56,876 nucleotides of DNA from a virus. Taxonomy: Duplodnaviria; Caudoviricetes. The stretch lies in the IMG/VR virus record IMGVR_UViG_3300022179_001846, positions 1 through 56,876 of that record. One strand, 5' to 3'. The notes beneath the pieces were generated by a model, which was not told the DNA's origin, did no database searches, and saw nothing but the letters and a program-made list of their open reading frames with translations. A program made the translations under genes and the position numbers. This document shows, piece after piece, positions 16,283 to 24,836 of the stretch (position 1 is the first letter of the stretch; the number at the start of each line of letters is the position of its first letter).

Positions 16283-18562
16283 ATGGAATTGGATAATTTT
16301 ATCGAGCACGTCTTCGGTGACGTGCCCGACGACGAAATCGTCGGCATCGTCCAGCGCGGCAAGGATAACCGTGGCTGGCTGACGACACCCTACAAGCAGG
16401 GCCGCACGAAGCTGCGCCCCGACGCCGCGAGCTACTACTGCATCTCGACCCTGAAGAGGCCGCCCGCGGGCGAGCCGCTGCGGCGGCTGATGCCGAACAT
16501 GGCCCGGTGCCGCGTCATCGTCCTCGACGACATTGGGACCAAGATTGATGCCGAGAAGTTCAAGGGAAAGGCCGGGCCGCACTACGTGATGGAGACGTCG
16601 GCGGGCAACTTCCAGTACGGCCTGCTCTTCAACGGGACGGTGGAAGAGGCGCAGGTGCTGATCGAGGCCCTGATCGAGGCCGGCTACAGTGACCCCGGCG
16701 CGCGCGACGTTCACCGCCTTGTGCGCCTCCCCGGCTCCCTGAACTACAAGAGCAACCCGCCCTTCGTCGCGCGTCTCGTCGAAGAGGACTGGGAGCAGCC
16801 CGCGTGGACGTTCAAGGAGCTGTGCGAGGAGTTTGGCTTGACACCGCGCGAGCCGACGAGCCTGCGCTCGACCAAGCGCGCATGGAGCGGCGACACGGGC
16901 GGTGACGTGATCCTGAAGTGGATCACCGAGAAGGGTATGGCCCTCTCGGAGCCCAACTCCGACGGCTGGATGTTCATCGAGTGCCCGTGGGCCGACGAGC
17001 ACAGCGACGGCCGGCGCGACGCCAAGTGGCAGGTCGGCAACGGCACGACGGGCGCCTACCACTGCTTCCACGGATCCTGCCAGCACCGGACGCAGGGCGA
17101 CTTCCTGCTCTGGTGTGAGGCGAACGGCGCCCCCGACTTCGAGGCCGAAGCCGTCGCGCAGATCACTACCATCGGCCAGAAGCTGGCGACGATACCGCGG
17201 GGTGCCTTTGCGCTGCCGGGCCCTTTAAATCCCCCGCCGAGGGGGGCCGCTGCGGGGGATATCCTTACTGGGCTCGTGCTGACGTATGCCGGGAGAGTGA
17301 AGAAAGAGCAGCTGCCGTCGCTCGAAGTGACGGCAAGGGCCGGCGTCCCAAAGGACATACAGAAAGTCACCATCGAAAACGTGCAGCATGTCGTCGCGGA
17401 ATGCGGCTTCTCCGTTCTAAGAAATCACATGACCGGCGAAGTCGAACTGTCCCATGCGGACGAAGCCTTCAATGCGATTGAAAACCCCTCGGAGCGCGCC
17501 CTGATGACCCGTGAATTCCTGATATCCCTCGCCAATCGTGCAGGCATCTCGCTGCGCGCCACGCTCGACGAGCTGCTGACCACACTGTCGTCGAACAACG
17601 GGTACCACCCCGTGTTCGACTGGATTACCTCGAAGCCTTGGGACGGCGTCGACCGCTTCCGCGCGCTGGCCGACACGGTCGATGCGAAGAACCCGCAGTG
17701 GCGCGACATCGTCATCTTCCGCGCGTCCATTCAGGCCATTGTGGCGTGGACCAACTGGGAGCGGGAGACGCCTGTCAGCGTTCCCCATGTGGTGGTTTTC
17801 GTCGGCCCGCAGGGCTGCGGCAAGTCATCGTGGATCGGCTCGCTGCTGCCCGCGGCGTGGCGCCTGCTGGAGCAGAGCGCGAACCTCGGGCACGCCAGCA
17901 GCAAGGACGACGAGCGCAGGCTGACAAGCTCCCCGCTCGTCGAGATGGCCGAGCTGGAGGCCATCATCAGCCGCATCGAGGCGGGGCACCTGAAGAGCTT
18001 CCTCTCGCGCCCCGTCGACAAGATCCGCCTCCCCTACGACCGGCTCATCACCACGCGCCCCCGCGTGACCTCGTTCTGGGCCAGCGTGAACGACGGACAG
18101 TTCCTCAACGACCCGACGGGCGCACGGCGCTTTTGGCCTGTCGAGGTCACGCGCTGCAACGCTTTCCACGGCATCGACATGCAGCAGTACTGGGCCCAGA
18201 TGCTCCACTACTTCCGGCAGGGCGAGGGCTGGAACCTGACGCGCGAGGAGATACAGCTCCACAGCGCCATCGTCGAGGAACACCGCGTCGAGAGCCCCGC
18301 CGAGGGCCGCCTGCAGGAGCTGTACGCGCGCAAGAAGCACGTCGCGGCGAAGGACTGGACCTTTGCCACGGCGAGCGACATCGGGCGGTACTACGGGCTG
18401 CCGGACAACTACGGGACATCGCGCGCCGTCGGCAGCGTGTTGCGCAAGATGTTCGGCGAGAGGATCAGCAACAACGAACGGAAAGGATGGAAAGTGCCGA
18501 TAAAGCAGACTGAACTGAGGGCGGGTTTCTCCGCCTACATTCCCCCGGAGGACGTGTCGTGA
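16283..18562 (+). CDS. Primase-helicase (RepB-like primase, Zn-binding domain, VirE/VapE-like P-loop)
   Basis: VLDDIG, METSAGNFQ, RLPG; CPWADEH...CFHGSC; GPQGCGKS, RLPYDR, FLNDPTGARRFWPV. Confidence 0.9.
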   Translation: MELDNFIEHVFGDVPDDEIVGIVQRGKDNRGWLTTPYKQGRTKLRPDAASYYCISTLKRPPAGEPLRRLMPNMARCRVIVLDDIGTKIDAEKFKGKAGPHYVMETSAGNFQYGLLFNGTVEEAQVLIEALIEAGYSDPGARDVHRLVRLPGSLNYKSNPPFVARLVEEDWEQPAWTFKELCEEFGLTPREPTSLRSTKRAWSGDTGGDVILKWITEKGMALSEPNSDGWMFIECPWADEHSDGRRDAKWQVGNGTTGAYHCFHGSCQHRTQGDFLLWCEANGAPDFEAEAVAQITTIGQKLATIPRGAFALPGPLNPPPRGAAAGDILTGLVLTYAGRVKKEQLPSLEVTARAGVPKDIQKVTIENVQHVVAECGFSVLRNHMTGEVELSHADEAFNAIENPSERALMTREFLISLANRAGISLRATLDELLTTLSSNNGYHPVFDWITSKPWDGVDRFRALADTVDAKNPQWRDIVIFRASIQAIVAWTNWERETPVSVPHVVVFVGPQGCGKSSWIGSLLPAAWRLLEQSANLGHASSKDDERRLTSSPLVEMAELEAIISRIEAGHLKSFLSRPVDKIRLPYDRLITTRPRVTSFWASVNDGQFLNDPTGARRFWPVEVTRCNAFHGIDMQQYWAQMLHYFRQGEGWNLTREEIQLHSAIVEEHRVESPAEGRLQELYARKKHVAAKDWTFATASDIGRYYGLPDNYGTSRAVGSVLRKMFGERISNNERKGWKVPIKQTELRAGFSAYIPPEDVS

Positions 18563-18810
18563 AGCTGTTGATCCACATGAACATGCCCTCGGGCAAGAAC
18601 GACGGGACGCATCAGGTCATTCTGGACGTGCCCGACATGAAGACCCTGAACGATGTGTCGTACCTGATCGGGCAGGGCTACTTGCTCGGCGATCATCTCG
18701 TCTACGAGCGCGCCGACAACAACACGCGCACGTGGGCCAGCCGCGGGCCTTTGGTCGTCAACTGGGAGCACATTGGCAAGATCGCCGAATACTATGAGGG
18801 AAAGTCATGA
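18559..18810 (+). CDS. Hypothetical protein
   Basis: GTGA coupling, GGAGG RBS. Confidence 0.75.
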   Translation: MKLLIHMNMPSGKNDGTHQVILDVPDMKTLNDVSYLIGQGYLLGDHLVYERADNNTRTWASRGPLVVNWEHIGKIAEYYEGKS

Positions 18811-19082
18811 AGCACACTGACATCATCACCGAGTCGATGACGCTCTTGGCACCGCGTGGCGCCGTCTACGGCTCCGTGAAGGAGAACCACGAACGCATCG
18901 CGCGCATCGCCACCGAGCTGTCCGGCAAGGACTTGAAGGCAGTCGACGTCGCCATGGTGCTGGTCGCCGTGAAGCTTTCGCGGATCGCGCAGTCGCCCGA
19001 CCACGTCGACAGCTACGTCGACGCCATCAACTACTTGGCCTTCGCTGGGGAGTTCGCGACCGATGCCAGCGAAGAGAGGTGA
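18807..19082 (+). CDS. DUF6378-like protein
   Basis: RGAVYG...KLSRI...HVDSYVDAINY. Confidence 0.75.
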   Translation: MKHTDIITESMTLLAPRGAVYGSVKENHERIARIATELSGKDLKAVDVAMVLVAVKLSRIAQSPDHVDSYVDAINYLAFAGEFATDASEER

Positions 19083-19266
19083 AGACAGCCCGACAGCGAA
19101 ATTGACAGAGAAGGAGGTGTACGCGATCCGGCGCGATACCCGGCAGGACAAGCTCGTCGCCTATGACTATGGGATATCGCAGATGCACGTCTGGCGTATC
19201 CGGCACCGGATAAAGTGGAAACATTTGAAAGAGGAGAATGAAAATGACACACGTAGTAGCGACTGA
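19063..19266 (+). CDS. Stand-alone small HTH (HNH C-terminal-type)
   Basis: RGEDSPTAKLTEKEVYAIR...YGISQMHVWRIRHRIKWKHL. Confidence 0.75.
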   Translation: MPAKRGEDSPTAKLTEKEVYAIRRDTRQDKLVAYDYGISQMHVWRIRHRIKWKHLKEENENDTRSSD

Positions 19267-20047
19267 AGTTGTGACGCCCGAGATGGCCCGCCGCTGGCTG
19301 GACCCGGAGATCAACAAGACCAACCGCAGGCTGAAGCCCGTGGTCGTGCGGAAGTACATCTCCGACATGAGCGAATCCCACTGGGTCTTCAACGGGGATT
19401 CTCTCAAGTTCGACACCAACGGCAAGCTGCTCGACGGTCAGCATCGGCTGCACGCAGTCGTCGCCATGGGGCGCCCGGCGGAATTTTTGGTTGTGCGCAA
19501 CCTGCACCCCGACGCCTACCTGACGATTGACATCGGCGCCCGCCGCACGATGGGCGACATGATGCAGCGTATCGGCAGCAAGCAGTCCTCTGCCGCCGGC
19601 GCGGCCGCCAAGGTGCTGTACTGGTTCGAGACCGGGCAGACGATGGATTTTAACGCCACCTACTCCACCGCGCAGCTGATCGCCACCTACAAGGAGCACC
19701 CGGAGCTGGAGGCATTTGTCGCGCACTACGTCAACTCGCCGATCCGCAGGAAGCTCCTCGCCGGCTCTGCGTGGCCTGTCGTGGCATACGTCGCCTCCCG
19801 CCGATACCCTGTGGAGTGGGATGAGTTTCAGCAGGCCGTTGCCGAAGGCAGCGATCTCGCGAAGGGCGACCCCCGGCACACGCTTCGTGAGTGGCTCCTG
19901 AACAGGGCTTCCCGCAAGCGGCAGGCTCGCAACGACGAACGGTTCAACATCTTCGCGAAGGCGTGGAACGCTCACATCGGGGGCCGCGCGCTCTTCGTGT
20001 TGGTGCATCGCTTCAACGAGGCTCCTGTGGTCCCTGTAGGCGCCTGA
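19238..20047 (+). CDS. ParB/Srx-like (DGQHR) domain protein
   Basis: VTPEMARRWL, NRRL, LLDGQHRLHAV, IDIGARRT. Confidence 0.82.
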   Translation: MKMTHVVATEVVTPEMARRWLDPEINKTNRRLKPVVVRKYISDMSESHWVFNGDSLKFDTNGKLLDGQHRLHAVVAMGRPAEFLVVRNLHPDAYLTIDIGARRTMGDMMQRIGSKQSSAAGAAAKVLYWFETGQTMDFNATYSTAQLIATYKEHPELEAFVAHYVNSPIRRKLLAGSAWPVVAYVASRRYPVEWDEFQQAVAEGSDLAKGDPRHTLREWLLNRASRKRQARNDERFNIFAKAWNAHIGGRALFVLVHRFNEAPVVPVGA

Positions 20048-20244
20048 TGAGTGAATTGGAACAGCACAGCGCCCTCTACTGGGCGCTGTGCCGGCACGCC
20101 CGGCAGGGGCGCCTCTGGACGGCCAACGCCACACTCCTGATCACGCGGCTCTTGCACAGCCCGCACGAGCGTGTCAGGCTCCTCGCTTGTGATTTATGGT
20201 ATAGGATAACAGCAGATGAATGCAAAGACGCGACGCACGATTGA
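20047..20244 (+). CDS. Hypothetical protein
   Basis: TGATG coupling; MSELEQHSALYW. Confidence 0.55.
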   Translation: MSELEQHSALYWALCRHARQGRLWTANATLLITRLLHSPHERVRLLACDLWYRITADECKDATHD

Positions 20245-20449
20245 GCAGACGGCTCAACGCGAGGGCGCACTCAGGGTCGAGTGGGTGCGGGGCCAGACCC
20301 ACACCATAGCCCGTTTCCACATGCCTGACGGCCTCATCGTCTCGATGCCGGTGTCAAAGACCAGCCGCATCGACGAGTACAAGTACAAGGGGTGGACGCG
20401 GCAGTACATCCGCAACCCCTCCAAGTGGCACGTCAGGAGCCCCTCATGA
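20216..20449 (+). CDS. Hypothetical protein
   Basis: AGGA RBS; operon packing. Confidence 0.65.
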   Translation: MNAKTRRTIEQTAQREGALRVEWVRGQTHTIARFHMPDGLIVSMPVSKTSRIDEYKYKGWTRQYIRNPSKWHVRSPS

Positions 20450-20793
20450 GAAGCACGCGAATGGAAAACGCCATGATTGCCGCCGACAGGCTGTGGGGCA
20501 AAGCCATGGCCGTCAGCCCCGAGTTCGTGGAGAAGTATCTGGAACTCTGCGAGCAGTTACTCACGGAGCGCCCGTATGTTCGTGGCGACGTGTTTCGTGA
20601 ATACTGTCGTGACAAGGGGCTGGTGCGCCCCGCCCGTCTGCACCCCAATGTGTGGGTCAGCGGCCCCCGCGCCATGGAGCATCTCGGGTGGATTGAAAAG
20701 AACGGGAAAGTCGAACCGCTGGCGGCGCACAATCACATGCCCAGCGTAACGCTATGGCGCAGCCTCCTCTACGTCAGGGTGCCTCCCGCCTAG
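20446..20793 (+). CDS. Hypothetical protein
   Basis: ATGA coupling; LHPNVWV, HMPSVTLWRS. Confidence 0.65.
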   Translation: MRSTRMENAMIAADRLWGKAMAVSPEFVEKYLELCEQLLTERPYVRGDVFREYCRDKGLVRPARLHPNVWVSGPRAMEHLGWIEKNGKVEPLAAHNHMPSVTLWRSLLYVRVPPA

Positions 20794-21097
20794 CCGGCGG
20801 CAGGGTAACGCGCCACTGCTCTAGGCCCGTGATCCGCCTGTCGTGATTGAGGATGGTGGCGGACGTCACGCGCCCCTCCCCGATGACCTCTGTGATCCTG
20901 AGGTTGAGGGTGTTGATCGACATGGTCAGGTCTTTGATGTTCCCCAGCGTCTGGACGGCGATGTACGTCACGACGCTGATGAACAGCAGCAGGATCGTCG
21001 CGGTTACGCGGAAGAGGGCTTGAAATGCCGGGGTATTGAACATCTCGACAGTTGCCTTCAAGGGGTCCCCGCTAAGGGTATCTGGGTTGTTCGGCAC
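20774..21097 (-). CDS. Membrane protein (TM plus coiled coil; possible lysis accessory)
   Basis: Single TM then heptad repeat ending HDRRITGLE; last gene of the virion operon. Confidence 0.65.
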   Translation of the reverse strand: MPNNPDTLSGDPLKATVEMFNTPAFQALFRVTATILLLFISVVTYIAVQTLGNIKDLTMSINTLNLRITEVIGEGRVTSATILNHDRRITGLEQWRVTLPPARREAP

Positions 21098-21141
21098 GAG
21101 TGCATTCCCCTCTACGCATATCTCGACGATGTTTTCCTGCG

Positions 21142-22533
21142 CTAGGAAATTGCGCCGTCAGACTCAGTGACGCGCATGTACACTGTCCCTCCGGGCACCA
21201 GCACGCCGCCGCCCGTCAGAGTAGAGCCGATAGTGAGAGCCGTAGCCGATGCAACCTGATACGTCCCAATGACGCGAAATGAACTAGCGTGGGCGGCTAG
21301 GTTTGTGTACAGCATGTAGGCCGTGTTGAGCGTTGACGCACCGACGGTCACCGTCAAAGAATTGGTGGTGTTCGAGCCGCCAATAGACGGAATGTCGACT
21401 TCAACGGTCAGGATAGAAGTGGACCGGAGGGGCGTGTAGGAGAAGCTGAACGGGAATGCCGCGATGGCCTTCATCGTGACGTAGACGGGGTTGGCGGCGA
21501 CGGGCTGCCCGCTCGCGCGGGTGTAGTAGAGGCACCGCCAGTTGCCCGAGCCGTCGGAGACGAAGCCCGCCGTGTCGCCCGCCGCCGTGGTGATGTTCGC
21601 CGCCGTCGGCAGGATCAGCGACGTGGCGTTGTGGGTGAGCGTCAGCGCACCGGCGAAAACCACGTCGCGATAGATACCCGAGGCGACCGTGCCCATGCCG
21701 GTGATTGTCGTCGTGCCCGTGATGCGGACGTAGTTGGAGGCCGCCGCGCCGATGGCACAGGTCGTGGCCGAGGCCACGTCGACCCGCACGGCACCGTTGA
21801 TCGCGGCGGCCGTCATGGTGAGCGTGCTGCTGAGCGTGGCACCGGCGGCCGTCAGCAGCCCGGTGGTCGTGAGGGCGTTCGTCGTCTTGTTGAACACCAG
21901 ACCGGCGTCGCCGGCGAACACGCCGCCGTCGTTGAACTGGACCTGCGTGTCGGATCCGGCGGGGGCCGCCGCCGACGTCTGCGTCGTGTTGTCGGGGAAC
22001 ACCACGCCCCCCGTCGACGCATCGAGCGTGTGCGCCGTGAGGATCGTGCCGTCGAACGTCATGTTGGCGCTGCCCGCCAGCACGCCCGCGTTGTTGTACT
22101 GGACCTGCGTCGTGGAGCCGCCTGCCGAGGCCGTCGTGTCGTTGCGGACCATGCCGGTCGCCGTGCCGTCGCAGGAGATCTGGACGTTGTCACCGGCGTT
22201 GATCGTGACGTAGGTGCCGCCCGAGGCCGACTGCACGCGCACGCCATACCCGCCCGTCGTGCCGTTACGCACGACCCACTGCCCGCCGGTCGCCGCCGGA
22301 ACCGTGTAGGTGACGATGCCGCCGGGGGTGCCCGAGATCGACAGCGTGAGGGGTATGCACTGCGCCGCCGACAGGGCGACGGTCGTGCCGCCCAACCCGG
22401 TGGAGTTCAGCAGCGTGCTGCCGCCCAGCGCGAGGTCGATGTAGCCGAAGTTGGTGTTGAGGGGCCCGGTGCCCCACGTGTTGGCGTTGGAATTGTAGGC
22501 GGGCTGGTCGAGCCCCTTGTTGGGTGTCGTCAT
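21142..22533 (-). CDS. Tail fiber-like protein
   Basis: Gly/Thr/Ala rich; repeated GSTTQVQYNNAG / GSDTQVQFNDGG; LTHNATSLILP motif. Confidence 0.75.
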   Translation of the reverse strand: MTTPNKGLDQPAYNSNANTWGTGPLNTNFGYIDLALGGSTLLNSTGLGGTTVALSAAQCIPLTLSISGTPGGIVTYTVPAATGGQWVVRNGTTGGYGVRVQSASGGTYVTINAGDNVQISCDGTATGMVRNDTTASAGGSTTQVQYNNAGVLAGSANMTFDGTILTAHTLDASTGGVVFPDNTTQTSAAAPAGSDTQVQFNDGGVFAGDAGLVFNKTTNALTTTGLLTAAGATLSSTLTMTAAAINGAVRVDVASATTCAIGAAASNYVRITGTTTITGMGTVASGIYRDVVFAGALTLTHNATSLILPTAANITTAAGDTAGFVSDGSGNWRCLYYTRASGQPVAANPVYVTMKAIAAFPFSFSYTPLRSTSILTVEVDIPSIGGSNTTNSLTVTVGASTLNTAYMLYTNLAAHASSFRVIGTYQVASATALTIGSTLTGGGVLVPGGTVYMRVTESDGAIS

Positions 22534-24836
22534 TTCAGGGCCTCGTCGGCAATGGCGAGCGCCTTGGTGATGGCTTCATCAGGCTGCTCTAGGAGGGGTT
22601 CCGTCGTCGTGTTGTGGCCCTTCTTGGCCTTCTCCGCGGCGCGGATCAGCGACATCGCGATGCTGCCATGATCAAGCCGCCCGATCCGGCCGCCGGCCTT
22701 GCGCCCCGGGCGCGGCTCTGACTGCATGCCCGCCTGCGAGCGAGTGCCGGTAGCCGCGAGTTCGGCGAGTGTCGTCGTCACACGACCGAAGTAGGCGTTG
22801 GCAGCGGGATTGGACTGCAGGAGCGCGCCGAGCTTCGCCACATCGGCGGGGTCAGACGATTGCGCGAGACGAACAACCTCAGGCGCGATGCGCCGCTCGG
22901 CGGCGTACTTGATGCTCTTCGTCGCCTGATCGAAGGCGACACCGGCAAGGATCTTGGCGGCCGCGCCTGCGGGCAATCCCGCCGTGTAGGGGATCAGCTC
23001 GACCGCGCTGGCACCGATGGCTGCCGCGAGGCCGGCGTGGCCGTTCAGCCAGCTCTTCGGCGGTGCCGTGGCCATGATCGTCGAGGCGTTGCTCAACAGC
23101 TCGGTGTTGCGCGAGTAGCCGTGAAGCTGATTGTATCTGGCGTCGCCCAGCGCCGCGCGCAGTCGCTCGGCGTTCTCCGGGTGGGACAGGTACTTGACGA
23201 ACGTCTGCGGCGTTGCCTGAGCCTTGGTGAGCAGGGTGTCGCCCACGCCTCTGGCGAACAGCTCGCGCTCCTCGGGCGACATCGCCGCCAAGGTCTTCTT
23301 GATCTCGGCCGTCTGGAAACTGTTCGGTTTGGTCGCGAACTTGGTTCCCGCCTCAAGCGCATCCTCAGCCTGAAAGCCCACACGAGCGTTCGCGCGCGCG
23401 GCGTCGTACCCTTTCACCTGACTGTCGAGTTCGTGGAGAATCTCCTTGCGCCACGTATCGAGGTAGTGCGTGTCGCCTCCCGACCGCTTGAGTGTGTTGA
23501 TCTGGGCGTCGATGTCGCGTTTTACATGGTCCCAGAAGTTGAGATTGCCGGGGGTCGCCGCCATGGGAGGCCCTCCGAACGAGGGGGCCGCAATCGGCGG
23601 TTGGATCCCGAACTGAGGGTCCTCGGCGAGCTTCGTCACGCGGGCGATGGAAGGTTTGATGGCGTCGTATCTGGCCAGCTCTTCGAGACGCGGCGTCGTG
23701 ACTGCCGCCGCCGAAGGCTCTGCGCGCGCGAGACGGTAGAGCTGGTCGTTCTGGCGTTTGTGCGCGAGCTGTAGCGCCGTCATCTCGTCACCGGCGCGGT
23801 TGGTGAGGCCGAACGCGTCGGTGATGAACTGGCTGTTGGCCGTCCGCATCGCCTCGTTGCGCGCAAGAATACCTGCGTTGAGGCTCCCCAGCTCTCGTGG
23901 CGACATGCCGCCCATGCGCGACAACAGCTCCTCGGTACGCGGGCCGGCCATGTCGAAGATGCTCGGCGAGTGCCCCGCCTGATGCGCCTCCTCGATCTGC
24001 TGCGGCGTCATCTTCGCCTTGCCGTTGCGCAAGTCTTCCTGCAGCGCCTGCGCCAGCCGGCTCTCGGCTTCGGCGTTCTTGCCGGTGAAGGCGCGGATAC
24101 CCCCCGCCGTGCGCGCGGCGGCGCTGTTGGTCAGGACGGCTCCGAGGAACCGCGCGGGACCTTCGTAGTCGCCAGCTCCGAATGTCTTTGCGACATCGCC
24201 CGCGGCCTCACTACCGATGCCTGCAGCCGTGCCTATGAGCACCTGTTCAGCCGCCGTGCGACCGGGGCCGCCCGCCAGCGCGTTGACGCCCATGCGCGCG
24301 CCGCTTCCCGCGTACTGACCGGGCTTGGTCTGCGGCGTGTAGTCGAGGGCCGGTATCTTCGCGCGCAGGAGTTTCTCGGCTTCCTCGCTGGTCGGGGCGG
24401 AGGTGATGCCGAGGTCACCGCGTGAGCCGTACTTCTCCGCGTACTTCTTGGACTCGGGAGTTTCGAGGCTCTCCCACCACTTCGCGATGCTCTTCGGCAC
24501 CGTCTCGGGCGTGTGATTGCCCGGCAGCATGCCGATCTTGTCCGCGCCTTCGAGGGCCTTGCGGCCAACCCAGTCGAGGCCCTGACTGGCAAGTTCGCCC
24601 AACGTGCCGGGCATCGTGGCGATGTCGCCAAGGCCAAACACAGCCTGCGTTCCCGCGCTCTTGGCAATGTCTTCGGCGTAGCCCGGCTTCTTCGCCTCGC
24701 CCGCCGCCAACTCGAACGTGCTGCCACTAGGCGTCGCAGCAGGCGTAGCTTGCGGCTCTTGTGACGGCCAGCGTGTGCTGGTGGTAGCGCGGTCCTCAGA
24801 GTTGCCAGCGTCCAGCTCGAAACCCATCACTCCCAC
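22530..24836 (-). CDS. Internal virion / DNA ejection protein
   Basis: 768 aa, Ala-rich helical; follows the large ejection protein; C-terminal RKAGG motif. Confidence 0.65.
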   Translation of the reverse strand: MGVMGFELDAGNSEDRATTSTRWPSQEPQATPAATPSGSTFELAAGEAKKPGYAEDIAKSAGTQAVFGLGDIATMPGTLGELASQGLDWVGRKALEGADKIGMLPGNHTPETVPKSIAKWWESLETPESKKYAEKYGSRGDLGITSAPTSEEAEKLLRAKIPALDYTPQTKPGQYAGSGARMGVNALAGGPGRTAAEQVLIGTAAGIGSEAAGDVAKTFGAGDYEGPARFLGAVLTNSAAARTAGGIRAFTGKNAEAESRLAQALQEDLRNGKAKMTPQQIEEAHQAGHSPSIFDMAGPRTEELLSRMGGMSPRELGSLNAGILARNEAMRTANSQFITDAFGLTNRAGDEMTALQLAHKRQNDQLYRLARAEPSAAAVTTPRLEELARYDAIKPSIARVTKLAEDPQFGIQPPIAAPSFGGPPMAATPGNLNFWDHVKRDIDAQINTLKRSGGDTHYLDTWRKEILHELDSQVKGYDAARANARVGFQAEDALEAGTKFATKPNSFQTAEIKKTLAAMSPEERELFARGVGDTLLTKAQATPQTFVKYLSHPENAERLRAALGDARYNQLHGYSRNTELLSNASTIMATAPPKSWLNGHAGLAAAIGASAVELIPYTAGLPAGAAAKILAGVAFDQATKSIKYAAERRIAPEVVRLAQSSDPADVAKLGALLQSNPAANAYFGRVTTTLAELAATGTRSQAGMQSEPRPGRKAGGRIGRLDHGSIAMSLIRAAEKAKKGHNTTTEPLLEQPDEAITKALAIADEALK

